This document shows, piece after piece, positions 51,601 to 63,587 of a stretch of DNA of 64,000 bases (positions are counted from its first letter, which is position 1; each line of letters opens with the position of its first letter). The notes beneath the pieces were generated by a model. The model was not told the origin of the DNA. It did not search any database and saw only the letters and a list, made by a program, of their open reading frames with translations. Source of the stretch: Mustelus asterias (lineage: Eukaryota); assembly GCF_964213995.1 (NCBI RefSeq), contig NW_027590219.1:62001-126000 (forward strand), read 5' to 3'. Both the position numbers and the translations under genes were made by a program.

Positions 51601-54600
51601 AAATGTCTGCGTTTTTATTCGTGGTCTGAAATGAGCAGATTATTATTGTTGATTTCGAACCTTGGCTAAACATAGGCTTCTCTTAAACATTTGATATGAC
51701 ATTATTTGTGGAGCTGTTAGGTAGACGTACTCTGCATCCCAAGCCATGAACCCACTGCATGGATTATAGCAGACAATAACTGTGTTTGCATTTTAAAGAG
51801 GTTATTGGCGCAGCAGAATAAATGAAGCGTTTTATATTTCAAATATCTTGCATTAAACAAAATAATTGAATGAGCTTAGTAAAGCCATTGCAAGTGCATG
51901 TTTTACATCCAGCTGTTCAGGTGGAAAATTGTACTAATGTGTAGAGGAGATTTCAAAGCATGGATAACGTGTCAATAATGTGCATAACCTCCAGAATAAT
52001 ACAGTAATCTTTCGAACGACATTTATTTTCTGAATTATCCGGTCCGAGATTCTGTCTAATTTTGGAGGTGCACTTACCATTTTATGCTCAGCTTATTGCT
52101 CCAGAGGATATCGTTTTATAATTGCATCGTCATGCAATGCTTAAACACCGTGCACTTTATTTAAAATGTATACTGGACCTGCTGCAAAGACAGTATATTC
52201 TGCCAATGGCACATGAGCTTTTCTCTTCAGGATGGACTGTTCTCTTTGGGTTGAAGCACCTTCCTAAAAGCATCACACATAATGTTAATTAGTTCTATGT
52301 GATCATTTGTGAATATTGGGCAATGATTGTAGATGCAGATATAAAGTGTGTTTTCCCGTTTACAAAAATAAACTGTCATGTGTTTTTCTAATTTCGATGT
52401 ACAAATTATTTGGGTCTGGGTTTGTACCTGAAACAGGAAATCATGGGCCGAGATTGGTTGGTGGAAAGGACAGGTGCTCCGGCCGTGTGGAAGTGCTGCA
52501 CGGAGAACGCTGGGGGACGCTCTGTGATGCTTACTTTGCTTTCGAAGACGCCAGTGTGATCTGTGAGCATCTTCAGTGTGGAGTGGTAGAGAAAATCCCG
52601 AGAGGTGCAGCCTTTGGGAAGGGAAATGGCACAATGTGGAAGGAGAACTACAGCTGTCGCGGCAATGAGTCCCGGTTGTTGGAGTGTCCGGTTTCATCCG
52701 TGGAAGAGTATCACTGCTCACATGAAAATGACGCCACTGTCATCTGCACGGGTGAGTCCCTAAATCAAGATAATGAAAACACGTGGTGCTGGGATTAGTG
52801 AGGATATTTCTGCATTTAACCGCCCAAATGCTACCCCGTCCTTGAGTTCCATAAACATGTATTATTCATCCGCTTATCAATGTATTTGCTTCAAATATGG
52901 AGCAGCCACGTTGGCTGTTCAGCCTCCTGTCTGTCTGTGCTCAGCAGCATCACATGACATCCTTCACCACTGCACCGGGGGAGCTGATCTGGCGAAAGGT
53001 AATCATCATAGAAATCATAGAAACCCTACAGTGCAGAAGGAGGCCATTCGGCCCATCGAGTCTGCACCGACCACAATCCCACCCATGCCCTACCCCCACA
53101 TATTTACCCGCTAATCCCTCTAACCTACGCAGCTCAGGACTCTAAGGGGCAATTTTTAACCTGGCCAATCAACCTAACCCGCACATCTTTACAGGACGCC
53201 CCGGAAAGAAAAATAAAACATAATAGTTTGGAATATGATGACAGTAACAATTTAATAAAATCATTTAACAACTTTACAAATCTCCAGGTAACTTCCCTCT
53301 GTAAATTGAGACCAACACAACTAAAGACAAATCGGCAATGGGACTAATGTGCTGATCAGTGGGGTGGGTTTCAAATATTAATTTGAGTTAATTTGCTGCA
53401 CTGTAACCACTGGTCTGCATGTCTTTCTTCGCCTAGATGAAAACTGGTCACTGAGATTGATGAATGGGGGAAGTCGGTGTGATGGGCGAGTGGAGATTTA
53501 CCACAATCACAGCTGGGGCAGAGTGCACGACAGCCTCTGGGACCTGAATGACGCGAACGTGGCCTGCAGACAGCTGGGCTGCGGCGAAGCCGAAGCCTCC
53601 TATAACAATTCAAAGTACGGAGAGGGTGAAGGGCCTGTGTGGGTGAATGATGTCCGGTGTGAAGGAAACGAATCGCATCTCCGAAAGTGCAGCATATTCA
53701 CATTGAACCCGCATCGCAGTGACAGCATCGGCGTCGGGGTTCTGTGCTCAGGTGAATAAACAGGTCACTTTTCCAGAAACATAAAGGGAAAAATGTAATC
53801 TTGGTCAACTGGGGAATATACTTTACTTCTTCCTCGGGAACACGTAGCTGAGATATTTCACACTGGTGCTTGGATGCAGGACAGGACGCCCCGGAAAGAA
53901 AAATAAAACATAATAGTTTGGAATATGATGACAATAACAATTTAATAAAATCATTTAACAACTTTACAAATCTCCAGGTAACTTCCCTCTGTAAATTGAG
54001 ACCAACACAACTAAAGACAAATCGGCAATGGGACTAATGTGCTGATCAGTGGGGTGGGTTTCAACAGCACAACGAAGAGAGAGGGGGCCACGTTCAAGAA
54101 GTGGATTGCAACCTTGTGTCCCAGTCACTCACATAATGACTGTTTAAATAAGTATGAAGAAAGGATTGCTGCATGAAGCGTCAGATGGGAAGGAAAGCCA
54201 AAATCTTAGTTCAAGGTAATTTATTGGTAACAAGTAAGGCTGACATGAACACTGGAATGAAGTTACAGTGAAATTCCCCGAGTCGCCACAGTCCACCGCC
54301 TGCTTGGGTCAATGCACGTCTTTCAGAATATGGGCGGAAACCGGAGCAAACCCACGCAGACACGGGGAGAATGTACAAATTCCACACAGACAGTGATCCA
54401 AGCCAGGAATCAAACCCAGGTCCCTGGTGTTGCGAACACAGCAGTGCGAACCACTGTGCTGCCGTGTGGATTGGATCCATGAGCGGTGATTTTCATGATC
54501 GCTCGGGGGAGTGGGGCTGGCTATGGCAGAGCGGTGAGCAGGAGTGGAGAGCATCGATATCTCTGAACATGACCATGATATTTTGAAGCCAATTTGTATT

Positions 54601-57600
54601 GACGGAAGAGAGTCCAATGCAGATCAAATAGCCAGGGCTGGTGGTGCTGTTGGTCAGTATGGGGGCAGGGGAAGGGATTGGGGAGGGAGGGGGTGCGAGT
54701 GCGGGTTTATGCGTGCGCTGGTCGCTGCTGGTGAGTTGAAATGTGCGCGGTTCGTTTCGAAAAGTTCTGATTGCATTCACGTGTTTTGGAGGGGCGTCCA
54801 TCAGAGTAGTTTTGAAATCTGCATTCTTGAGATAACAAGGAACTGATGAACATTTTGGGTGAGTTCGCAAGAAAGGACACTGTCTGAAAGGTCAAGTCAC
54901 TCCCAGCCTACTTGCATATTTGCAGTACCTCTGATTTGTTCCGATATATATGTGTGAACTGGTGAAGTATCTGATGAAGTTTGCATGGCAAAATGAGGCA
55001 GTGAAAAACAAAGAAGCAAATGTCTGCTTAAAACATTCTGTGTGGAACAACTAATTACCACAATTACATAATTGATAACAAAGCAAAACAAGCTGCAATG
55101 AGTGGGTCAGATCCAAACCGAAAACCGTCGCATTATATTCCAGTTGGAAATGTGAATATCTAGAAGATTTGTAAACTCTCCATCATTTATTTTGCCTCCG
55201 AACAGAAACTGTTTTTTCTAGAGCATAGATTAATGTCGCTGGCAACGGCAGTTAAAATGCAGGTTTTAATTGAGCTGGAAATTATACAACAGTTTGAATT
55301 TAGCAACGAGATGAATATGTTTAAGAAACATAATATGAAACTTTCATTATTCTATTAGAACACAAGCAGTTAAGGCTCTCTGGCGGTGGAAGCCGATGTG
55401 CGGGCCGACTGGAGATTTATCACAATGGGACCTGGGGCTCAGTTTGTGATGATTCCTGGGATCTTACAGACGCTGACGTGGTTTGCAAGCAGCTGGATTG
55501 TGGACACGCATTGCGGCTTCCTCTTCATATATCGGCTGGACCTGACGCAGACCCAATTTGGTTGGATGAGCTGGAATGCTCCGGGAGTGAATCATTTCTC
55601 TGGGAATGTCCCCATGCATTGTGGCGTAACCATGACTGTAATCATAATGAAGATGTGAAGATCATGTGCTCTGGTAACTGTCCTAACTTCAGTTACATTA
55701 GAACTTTCATACATAAGATATGTTCCTGATATACCTCAGGACGGTGCTTACGAAGGACATTCTGTCAAATCCGGCTCTGATTTTTTAAAATTCTGGACGT
55801 AATTATTGCTAAAGTATTTCGACAGCCGACTTCTGATGTGTTGCCTTATGTTTCTTTATCCCTCATTTCCTGACATAAATGCATCTTCCACTTAATATCA
55901 CTGACTATTCTGATCACGAGCCTTAAATTTCATCAGGTTATGTGTAAAATTTTCCGGATAACTACATTATTTTGCAAAGATATTTGATTTAATCACTTAT
56001 TTCTCAAGAAGCATGCTGTCACTTGATTCTTCGCATCAAAATTCGCTCCATTCCTCTTAGCAGGACGAAAACTAAGTTGTCATCGGCATGTGTATCCTGC
56101 CATGTATTAACATTTTGATACATACTTTGCAGTCCTCTTCAGTATTAACTATACAAACCAGTTTGCTGCCACAATAGACGTTCATTTTTACTGCCGATTA
56201 CAAAGTCCCAAGGAGCAGCAACCGCAGCGCCAATCCATGTGAATCTCACACCGGAACTTTTGCTACTTAAGTAACGAGAAACTTTACAAACTTTTTAAAT
56301 CTACTTTGATACTGATTGCCTAGTTTCCCATTGTCTTTCATGGGCTTTCACTATGGGAACTTTTTGAAGCTCTTCTGGTCGTCTGCGCACAGAGCATAAA
56401 GCATTGGCCCTCTCACCATTCCGGCAAGCAATCAATCGGGTCCATCATTCAAATATTTCGATTGAAATTCAATGTTGCTTATTCTTGATTATATCTGTAT
56501 TTCTGTGACCTTTGTGAAATAATTATGGCAAACCGTGAACTCAACTTAGACATATATATATATATATACATATATATACCCACAGTGCACTGTGGATACA
56601 GAATTGTTAACTGAACCATGTGGTTATTTATTACTTGCTTGACAGAGCACAAAGAGCTGCGTTTGGTGAAGGGAAAGCATCGCTGTGAGGGCAGAGTGGA
56701 AGTGTTCTATAATGGGACCTGGGGAACAGTTTGCGGTGAAAACCTGTATCAAGATGCTGGAACAGTGATCTGTAAACAGTTAGGTTGCGGCACACTAGTT
56801 TCCATCGACTATGACGCTCGCTCATTCGGAGAAGGATCCGGACCTATTTGGTTGGATGAGGTCGAGTGCCTTTCACACGAGTCGACCCTTTGGCAATGCC
56901 AGGCAGACCCGTGGGGTCAACACAACTGTCTTCATCGGGAAGATGCAGGTGTCGTTTGTTCAGGTAACACAAACAATCATTTTGCTTGCGGGTGTGATTT
57001 GAAATATTGATGTTCCTCATGGAGTCAGCATGTTTGTCTTATCAACAGGGGGAGACATACCGAAGCAAGAGCAGGACAGTGCAAACGGCTGCAAGCGAGA
57101 ATCAGGTGTTTTCTCAACTTTAATAAAACAGCTATCTGCTTGTATTCCTCTCTTGTGCTACATCAAGGTTAATAATTTATTTATTATCTTTGACAAATTT
57201 AGGGCAAAGTTTGCGCTTGGCTGGAGGTAACAACAACTGCTCCGGGAGATTGGAGGTATTGTGTAATCGAGCCTGGGGCACGGTTTGTGATGATTCGTGG
57301 GGTATGAACGATGCCAGTGTTGTCTGCAGACAGCTGGGCTGTGGCTCCGCTCTAATGGCCTCAGGAGGGGCCGCTTTTGGGCAGGGTAACGGTCCTGTCT
57401 GGCTGGATGACGTCAGGTGTGCCGGAAGCGAAGCCTTTCTGTTTGACTGCCCTTCTTCGTCATTAGCTCAAGCTGACTGTGATCACAAGGAAGATGCCAG
57501 TGTGATTTGCTCCGGTATGTGTTCCACTGATCGGTTCCGTTTGGGACTGTGCGACGTTGTCCGGCCCATTTTTGCTGAATATAATTCATGTTTTCAGATG

Positions 57601-60600
57601 TCTTTCTGACCAACAATGCAAATAATTGTGCTCTTTTTACCATGTCTTCATCAGGTCCGGAATTATCTCCGACTTCTCCGCCCACACCTTCAGGTATATC
57701 TCTGTAATAAATATCAATCACGATTACGGCTAATTTTACATTGGGATAAATAATTATCACACATTGGCATTGCCTTAATTTTGTCAATTTCTAACGACAT
57801 TCTGAGTGTTTCCTGATCATATAAGTATTTAAAAACATGGTGGACATTTTATCTCACAAAACTTCTTGGAATCTTTCATCAAGGACATGAAGATGAAAGC
57901 ACCTCCACCCCTCTGGTGATCTGCATCTCACTCGGTGTCCTGTTAATCTGTGAGTTAATCGCCCTTTTGGCAGTAATGCAGAGGAGATCATCAATAAAAG
58001 GTAAGGCTCGAATCATATCCCTGAACCCACGCTGAGTCATGGATGTTGCTTCATACATCAGAGGGAATTCTCTGCCGTTTTGCAAAGAATGACTTGGGTA
58101 CAATTCAGAAACAACTTAACTGAGTATTGGCCAGCAAGTTATTTCAAGCCACATGAGAAACAGTAAAATATTACATATAAATGAGGGAGTTATCTACATT
58201 CATATTCCTCCTCCACCCACCAGTACATGAGACATGGAATGGGATTTATTTTTGTTGCAACAGATTAAAACGTTGATTGCAAGAAATTAAACTCCGATGG
58301 CCTGCACTCTCTGGTATTAAAGGAGATGGCAGCAGAGATAGTGGGTGAATTAGTTATGATATTCCAATTTGTCATAGATTCTGGAAAGATACCAGTGGAT
58401 TGGAAACACGCTTATCTGACACCCTTATTCAAAAAAGGAGAGACGCAAAAAGTGGCAAACTGTAGACCACCTACAGGGGCAGGTGGGACCTGTACAAGAG
58501 AGACGGGTTACACCGAAACTACAAGGGGACCAATATACTTGCAGGGAGATTTGCTAGTGTTATTGGGGAGCGTTTAAACTAGATTTGCAGGGGCGTGGGA
58601 ACCAGAGTGCCAGAGCAGATAGTGGAGCAGGGGTAAAAAGACAGGTTAGTTCAAGCAAAATCACAAATGGAAGGGTAGAGTGTGGTGGAAATAATTTTTT
58701 GAGGTGTGTCTATTTCAATGCCAGGAGTATTGTGGGGAAGGCAGATGAGCTGAAGGCGTGGATAGACACGTGGAAATATGACATTATAGCCATTTGTGAA
58801 ACTTGGCTACAGGAGGGGCAGGACTGGCAGCTCAATGTTCCAGGGTTCCAATGTTTCAGGCGGGATAGAGGCAGAGGGATAAAAGGTGGGGGGCTGGCAT
58901 TGTTGGTCAGGGAAAATGTTACAGCGGTATTCAGGCAGGATAGATTAGGGAGCTTGTCTACAGAGGCCCTATGGGTGGAGCTGAGAAACAGGAAAGGTAT
59001 GATCACATTAATGGGATGGTATTATAGACCACCCAATAGTCAGCGAGAATTGGAGGAGCAAATCAGCGGAGAGATAGCTGACAACTGCAAGAAACACAAA
59101 GTTGTGATAGTAGGGGATTTTAATTTTCCACATATAGATTGGGACTCGCATACTGTTAAAGGTTTCGACGGGGTAGAGTTTGTAAAATGTGTTCAGGAGA
59201 ATTTTCTACATCAGTATATAGAGGTGCCAACTAGAGAGGATGCGGTATTGGATCTCCTATTGGGAAATGAGTTAGGGCAGGTGATGGATGTGAGTGTGAG
59301 GGAACACTTTGGATCCAGTGATCATAATGCCATTAGTTTCAACCTGATCGTGGATAAGGATAGATCTGGTCCTCGGGTTGAAGTTCTGAACTGGAAAAAG
59401 GCCAAATTTGATGAAATGAGATGGGATCTGGGAAGTGTGGATTGGCCCAGGCTGTTCTCTGGTAAGGATGTAAATGGAAAGTGGGAGGGCTTCAAAGGAG
59501 AAATTTTGAGAGTGCAGAGTTTGTATGTTTCTGTCAGGATTAAAGGCAAAGTAAATAGGAATAAGGAACCTTGGTTCTCGAGGGAGATTGTAACACTGAT
59601 TAAGAGGAAGAGAGAGCTGTATGAAATGTACAGGCAGCAAGGAACACATCAGATGCTCGAGGAGTATAAAAAGTGCAAGAAGCTACTTAAGAGGGAAATC
59701 AGGAGGGCTAAAAGAAGACATGAGGTTGCTTTGGCACACAGAGTGAAGGAAAATCCAAAGAGCTTCTATAGGTATGTTAGGAGCAAAAGGATAGTGAGGG
59801 ATAAAATTGGTCCTCTTGAAGACCAGAGTGGTAGACTGTGTATGGAACCAAAAGAGATGGGGGAGATACTAAATGGCTTTTTTGCATCCGTATTTACTGA
59901 GGAAACGGGCATGGAGTCTACGGAAATAGGGCAAACTGTTAGGGAGGCCATGGAATCTTTACAGATTAAAGGGGAGGAGGTGCTCGCTGTCTTGAGGCAA
60001 ATCAGAGTGGATAAATCCCCAGGACCGGACAGGGTATTCCCACGGACCTTGAGGGAAGCTAGTGTTGAACTTGCAGGGGCCCTGGCAGACATATTTAAAA
60101 TGTCAGTATTCACGGGGGAGGTGCCGGATGATTGGAGGGTGGCTCATGTTGTTCCGTTGTTTAAAAAAGGTTCCAAAAGAAATCCGGGAAATTATCGGCC
60201 AGTAAGTTTGACGTCGGTGGTGGGCAAGTTATGGGAAGGTGTGATAAGGGATAGGATCTACAAATATTTGGATAGACAGGGACTTATTAGGGAGAGTCAA
60301 CATGGCTTTGTGCGTGGTAGGTCATGTTTGACCAATCTATTAGAGTTTTTCGAGGAGGTTACCAGGAAAGTGGATGAAGGGAAGGCGGTGGATGTTGTCC
60401 ACCTGGATTTCAGCAAGCCTTTGACAACGTCCCTCATGGGAGGTTAGTTAGGAAGGTTCAGTCGCTAGGTATACATGGGGAGGTAGTAAATTGGATAAGA
60501 CACTGGCTCAATGGAAGAAGCCAGAGAGTGGTTGTGGAGGATTGCTTCTCTGAGTGGAGGCCTGTGACTAGTGGTGTGCCGCAGGGATCGGTGTTGGGTC

Positions 60601-63587
60601 CATTGTTGTTTGTCATCTATATCAATGATCTGGATGATAATGTGGTAAATTGGATCAGCAAGTTTGCTGATGATACAAAGATTGGAGGTGTAGTGGACAG
60701 TGAGGAAGGTTTTCAAAGCTTGCAGAGGGATTTGGACCAACTAGAAAAATGGGCTGAAAAATGGCAAATGGAATTTAACGCAGACAAGTGTGAGATATTG
60801 CACTTTGGAAGGACAAACCAAAGAAGAACGTACTCGGTAAATGGTAGTACTCTGAAGAGTGCATTGAACAGAGGGATCTGGGAATACAGGTACAGAATTC
60901 CCTAAAAGTGACGTCACAGGTGGATAGGGTCATAAAGAGTGCCTTTGGTACATTGGCCTTTATAAATCGGAGTATCGAGTATAAACGTTGGAGTGTTATG
61001 GTAAGGTTATATAAGGCATTGGTGAGGCCGAATTTGGAGTATTGTGTACAGTTTTGGTCACCTAGTTACAGGAAGGATGTAAATAAGATTGAAAGAGTGC
61101 AGAGAAGGTTCACAAGGATGTTGCCGGGACTTGAGAAGCTGAGTTACAGAGAGAGATTGAATAGGTTGGGACTTTATTCCCCGGAGCGTAGAAGATTGAG
61201 GGGAGATTTGATAGAGGTGTATAAGATTTTGATGGGTATAGATAGAGTGAATGCAAGCAGGCTTTTTCCGCTGAGGCTAGGGGAGAAAAAAACCAGAGGG
61301 CATGGGTTAAGGGTGAAAGGAGAAAAGTTTAAAGGGAATATTAGGGGGGGCTTCTTCACGCAGAGTGTGGAATGAGCTGCCAGATAAACATTTTAGAAAA
61401 ACTTGAACGGGTTCATGGATGAGAGGGGTGTGGAGGGATATGGTCCAAGTGCAGGTCAGTGGGACTAGGCATAAAATGGTTCGGCACAGACAAGAAGGGC
61501 CAAAAGGCCTGTTTCTGAGCTGTAATTTTCTATGGTTCTATGGTTCTATGATGGGGATCACGTGGATGTGGCATATCTGGATTATAGAAGGCATTGGACA
61601 AGAGTGTTAGATCCCAGGGGCTGGGCACAGAACATTGGCTTGGATAGAGGATTGATTGAGTGAGAGAAAGCATAGGGTCGGGATAAATGGGTCCTTCTCT
61701 GGAGTGAAATTGACTGTAACACGACGGATGACGCCGTTTTCAGTTTTCAACTGTTTACAACCGATTTAACTGACCTGCGATTAGGGCCAGAGTGCAACAT
61801 AGCAAGATTCGCGGAGGATCCGAAGATGAGTGGGAAAGCAGGCTCTGTTCAGATTATAGAGTTTACAGTTGGATATTGACAGGCTAGGAGAATGGGCCAG
61901 AATGTGGCAAATGGAGATTAATGTGGATACGTGTGTGGTCATCCATTTTCACGTCAAAACATTAAAAGGGTAAATGATTATTTATATGGGACGAGCATTC
62001 AAAGTCTGTCAGTGCAGAGGGATCTGGGTGTCCTTGTGCATGAATGACAGAACATTAATTTGCAGGCGCAGCATTTCATAAGAAAGGCAAATTGAATATT
62101 GGAATTTATTACAAAAGGACCCGGTTTGAAATGTAAAGAAATGTTGTTAACACTGGATAAGGGCCTTCGTGAGACTACACCTGGAGTATTGTGTCCAGAT
62201 TTAGTCTCCGTACCTGATGAAGGAAGTGCTGACACTGGAGGCAGTTGAGAAGATGTTCACCAGATTGATTCCAGGGATGAAAGGGCTACCAACGAGGAGT
62301 GTTTGAAAACTTGGGCTTATACTCGGTGGAGATCAAAAGAATAAGGGGGGATCTGATTGAGGTATATAAAATGCTAAAGGGATTGATGAGGTGGATGTTG
62401 AACAGATATTCCGCTTTGTTGGAGAGTCTACAACAAAGGCTCATAGATTAAGAGTGAACCAAAGTAGTTCCAAATCTGGGGTGAGGGACAAGTTCCCTCA
62501 GAGTTTTGTGAACCTGTTGAACGATTGCCCAAAGTGCAGGGGAGACAGAATCAGTCAGCAGATTCAAGAACGAAAGAAATATGTGTCTCAATGAAAGCTG
62601 GACAAAGCTCAAATGAGGCAGGCAGGTTTGTGGATTTGAAAGCAGGATCAGATCAGCCATGATCATATAGCATGGTGGAGCGGGCTCAAATGGCTGAATT
62701 GCCCAATCTCGCTCCTATTTCCTATGTTCCACTGTGTTCATTAATTATTTGGCAACTGGCATTTTGTTTCCACTTACAATTGGTTGCAAACCAACACTGA
62801 GTTTTTTGCCGTGTCAAGTTCTCTAACAGTACTCGACCCATTTTGAGACGTGATGGTATGATTTTACACAATTATCAATGCCAACACTGCATCCCAGCAA
62901 ACGATTCCACTAATATTACAGGATCAATGCCGGTGGTATTGTGAGTAGCCTCCCTCTCTCTGAGTCAGATGTTTCACGTTCGGTCCCAAGACTTTATACG
63001 AAAAAAGTGTCAGAACTTCCTGTAACACCCTTCCAAGGCAACAATGTCATGCGGTGAGAGTGGGAGATAATCCTGTTCGGCCACGCCTGGTATGGAATGG
63101 CGTTCCTCTGGCGACAGGTTACCGACAAGCTCCATGTTAAAACATGGCCATGGAATTTGTTGAATGTCTACCTTTTGCACCACTAGTTTTGAACAGATAA
63201 ACAAAAACATTGCATGTATCTGAACTCGCACCGAGTTCTCTTGATTCATATCTTATGCGCTGACCTTCATTGGTCTCTAAATGTCTCAGTGTTCCTTGTG
63301 ATGGAGGCAGTGGTATCATCACTGGATTGATGATGCAGAGAAACAAAATAAATTCCACCGGACCCTGGTTTGAATCTCACCTCGACATAGAGTGAGATAT
63401 GAAATCAATAAAAATCCTGAACTGAAATATAGTTCCAGAATGTAACAATATGCTAACTGCCCCGATCTTCCTCCAACAGAACCTGTTGCTGGTAGCTGGG
63501 ATCCACCTTCTGTTTTATACCAAGCCATTTATGAAGAAATAGATAATATTCCTCCCGCCAAGCTATACACTCAGTCTCGTGCTTCAG
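48375..63587 (+). CDS. Multi-exon group-B SRCR type I membrane receptor, WC1/SCART/CD163-family-like (signal-peptide and last exons not located)
   Basis: 11 exons, all AG/GT and phase 1-1, no stops: 7 SRCR, linker, stalk, TM, cytoplasmic AIYEEID. Confidence 0.85.
51111..51425 (+). CDS. SRCR domain 2 exon
   Basis: [19 protein letters not shown]...CAELQCG...[13 protein letters not shown]; 315 nt. Confidence 0.9.
52437..52751 (+). CDS. SRCR domain 3 exon
   Basis: [30 protein letters not shown]...[12 protein letters not shown]; 315 nt. Confidence 0.9.
53005..53190 (-). mobile_element. HE1-like SINE 3' half
   Basis: Near-identical to 10081-10254. Confidence 0.8.
53191..54064. repeat. 184-bp direct repeat pair flanking SRCR exon 4
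   Basis: 53191-53374 and 53881-54064; only one mismatch noticed by eye. Confidence 0.9.
53437..53751 (+). CDS. SRCR domain 4 exon (6 Cys; lacks C2/C7)
   Basis: [34 protein letters not shown]...[13 protein letters not shown]; 315 nt. Confidence 0.9.
54211..54465 (-). mobile_element. V-SINE variant (diverged)
   Basis: tRNA-like head GGCAGCACAGTGG..GGTTTGATTCC and V-domain, different tail. Confidence 0.65.
55359..55673 (+). CDS. SRCR domain 5 exon
   Basis: [33 protein letters not shown]...[14 protein letters not shown]; 315 nt. Confidence 0.9.
56646..56963 (+). CDS. SRCR domain 6 exon
   Basis: [29 protein letters not shown]...[14 protein letters not shown]; 318 nt. Confidence 0.9.
57049..57105 (+). 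CDS. Inter-domain linker exon
   Basis: caacag|..[18 protein letters not shown]..|gt; 57 nt, phase 1-1. Confidence 0.65.
57203..57514 (+). CDS. SRCR domain 7 exon
   Basis: [32 protein letters not shown]...[13 protein letters not shown]; 312 nt. Confidence 0.9.
57655..57693 (+). CDS. Pro/Ser/Thr-rich stalk exon
   Basis: catcag|..[12 protein letters not shown]..|gt; 39 nt. Confidence 0.65.
57884..58000 (+). CDS. Transmembrane exon
   Basis: [38 protein letters not shown]; aag|..|gtaagg; 117 nt. Confidence 0.8.
58470..61545 (+). mobile_element. CR1 LINE (end of ORF1 + ORF2 with frameshifts) in SRCR gene intron
   Basis: ORF 58585-60447 APE + RT start, then 60528-60905 and 60908-61375; ttctatgg tail. 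Confidence 0.95.
61546..62730 (+). mobile_element. Older decayed CR1; likely continuous with 58290-58469 and split by the younger CR1
   Basis: Degenerate RT motifs ([20 protein letters not shown]); CR1 tail ~62725. Confidence 0.7.
63480..63587 (+). CDS. Cytoplasmic exon with AIYEEID tyrosine motif
   Basis: ctccaacag|..[35 protein letters not shown]..|gt; 108 nt, in phase with TM exon. Confidence 0.75.
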
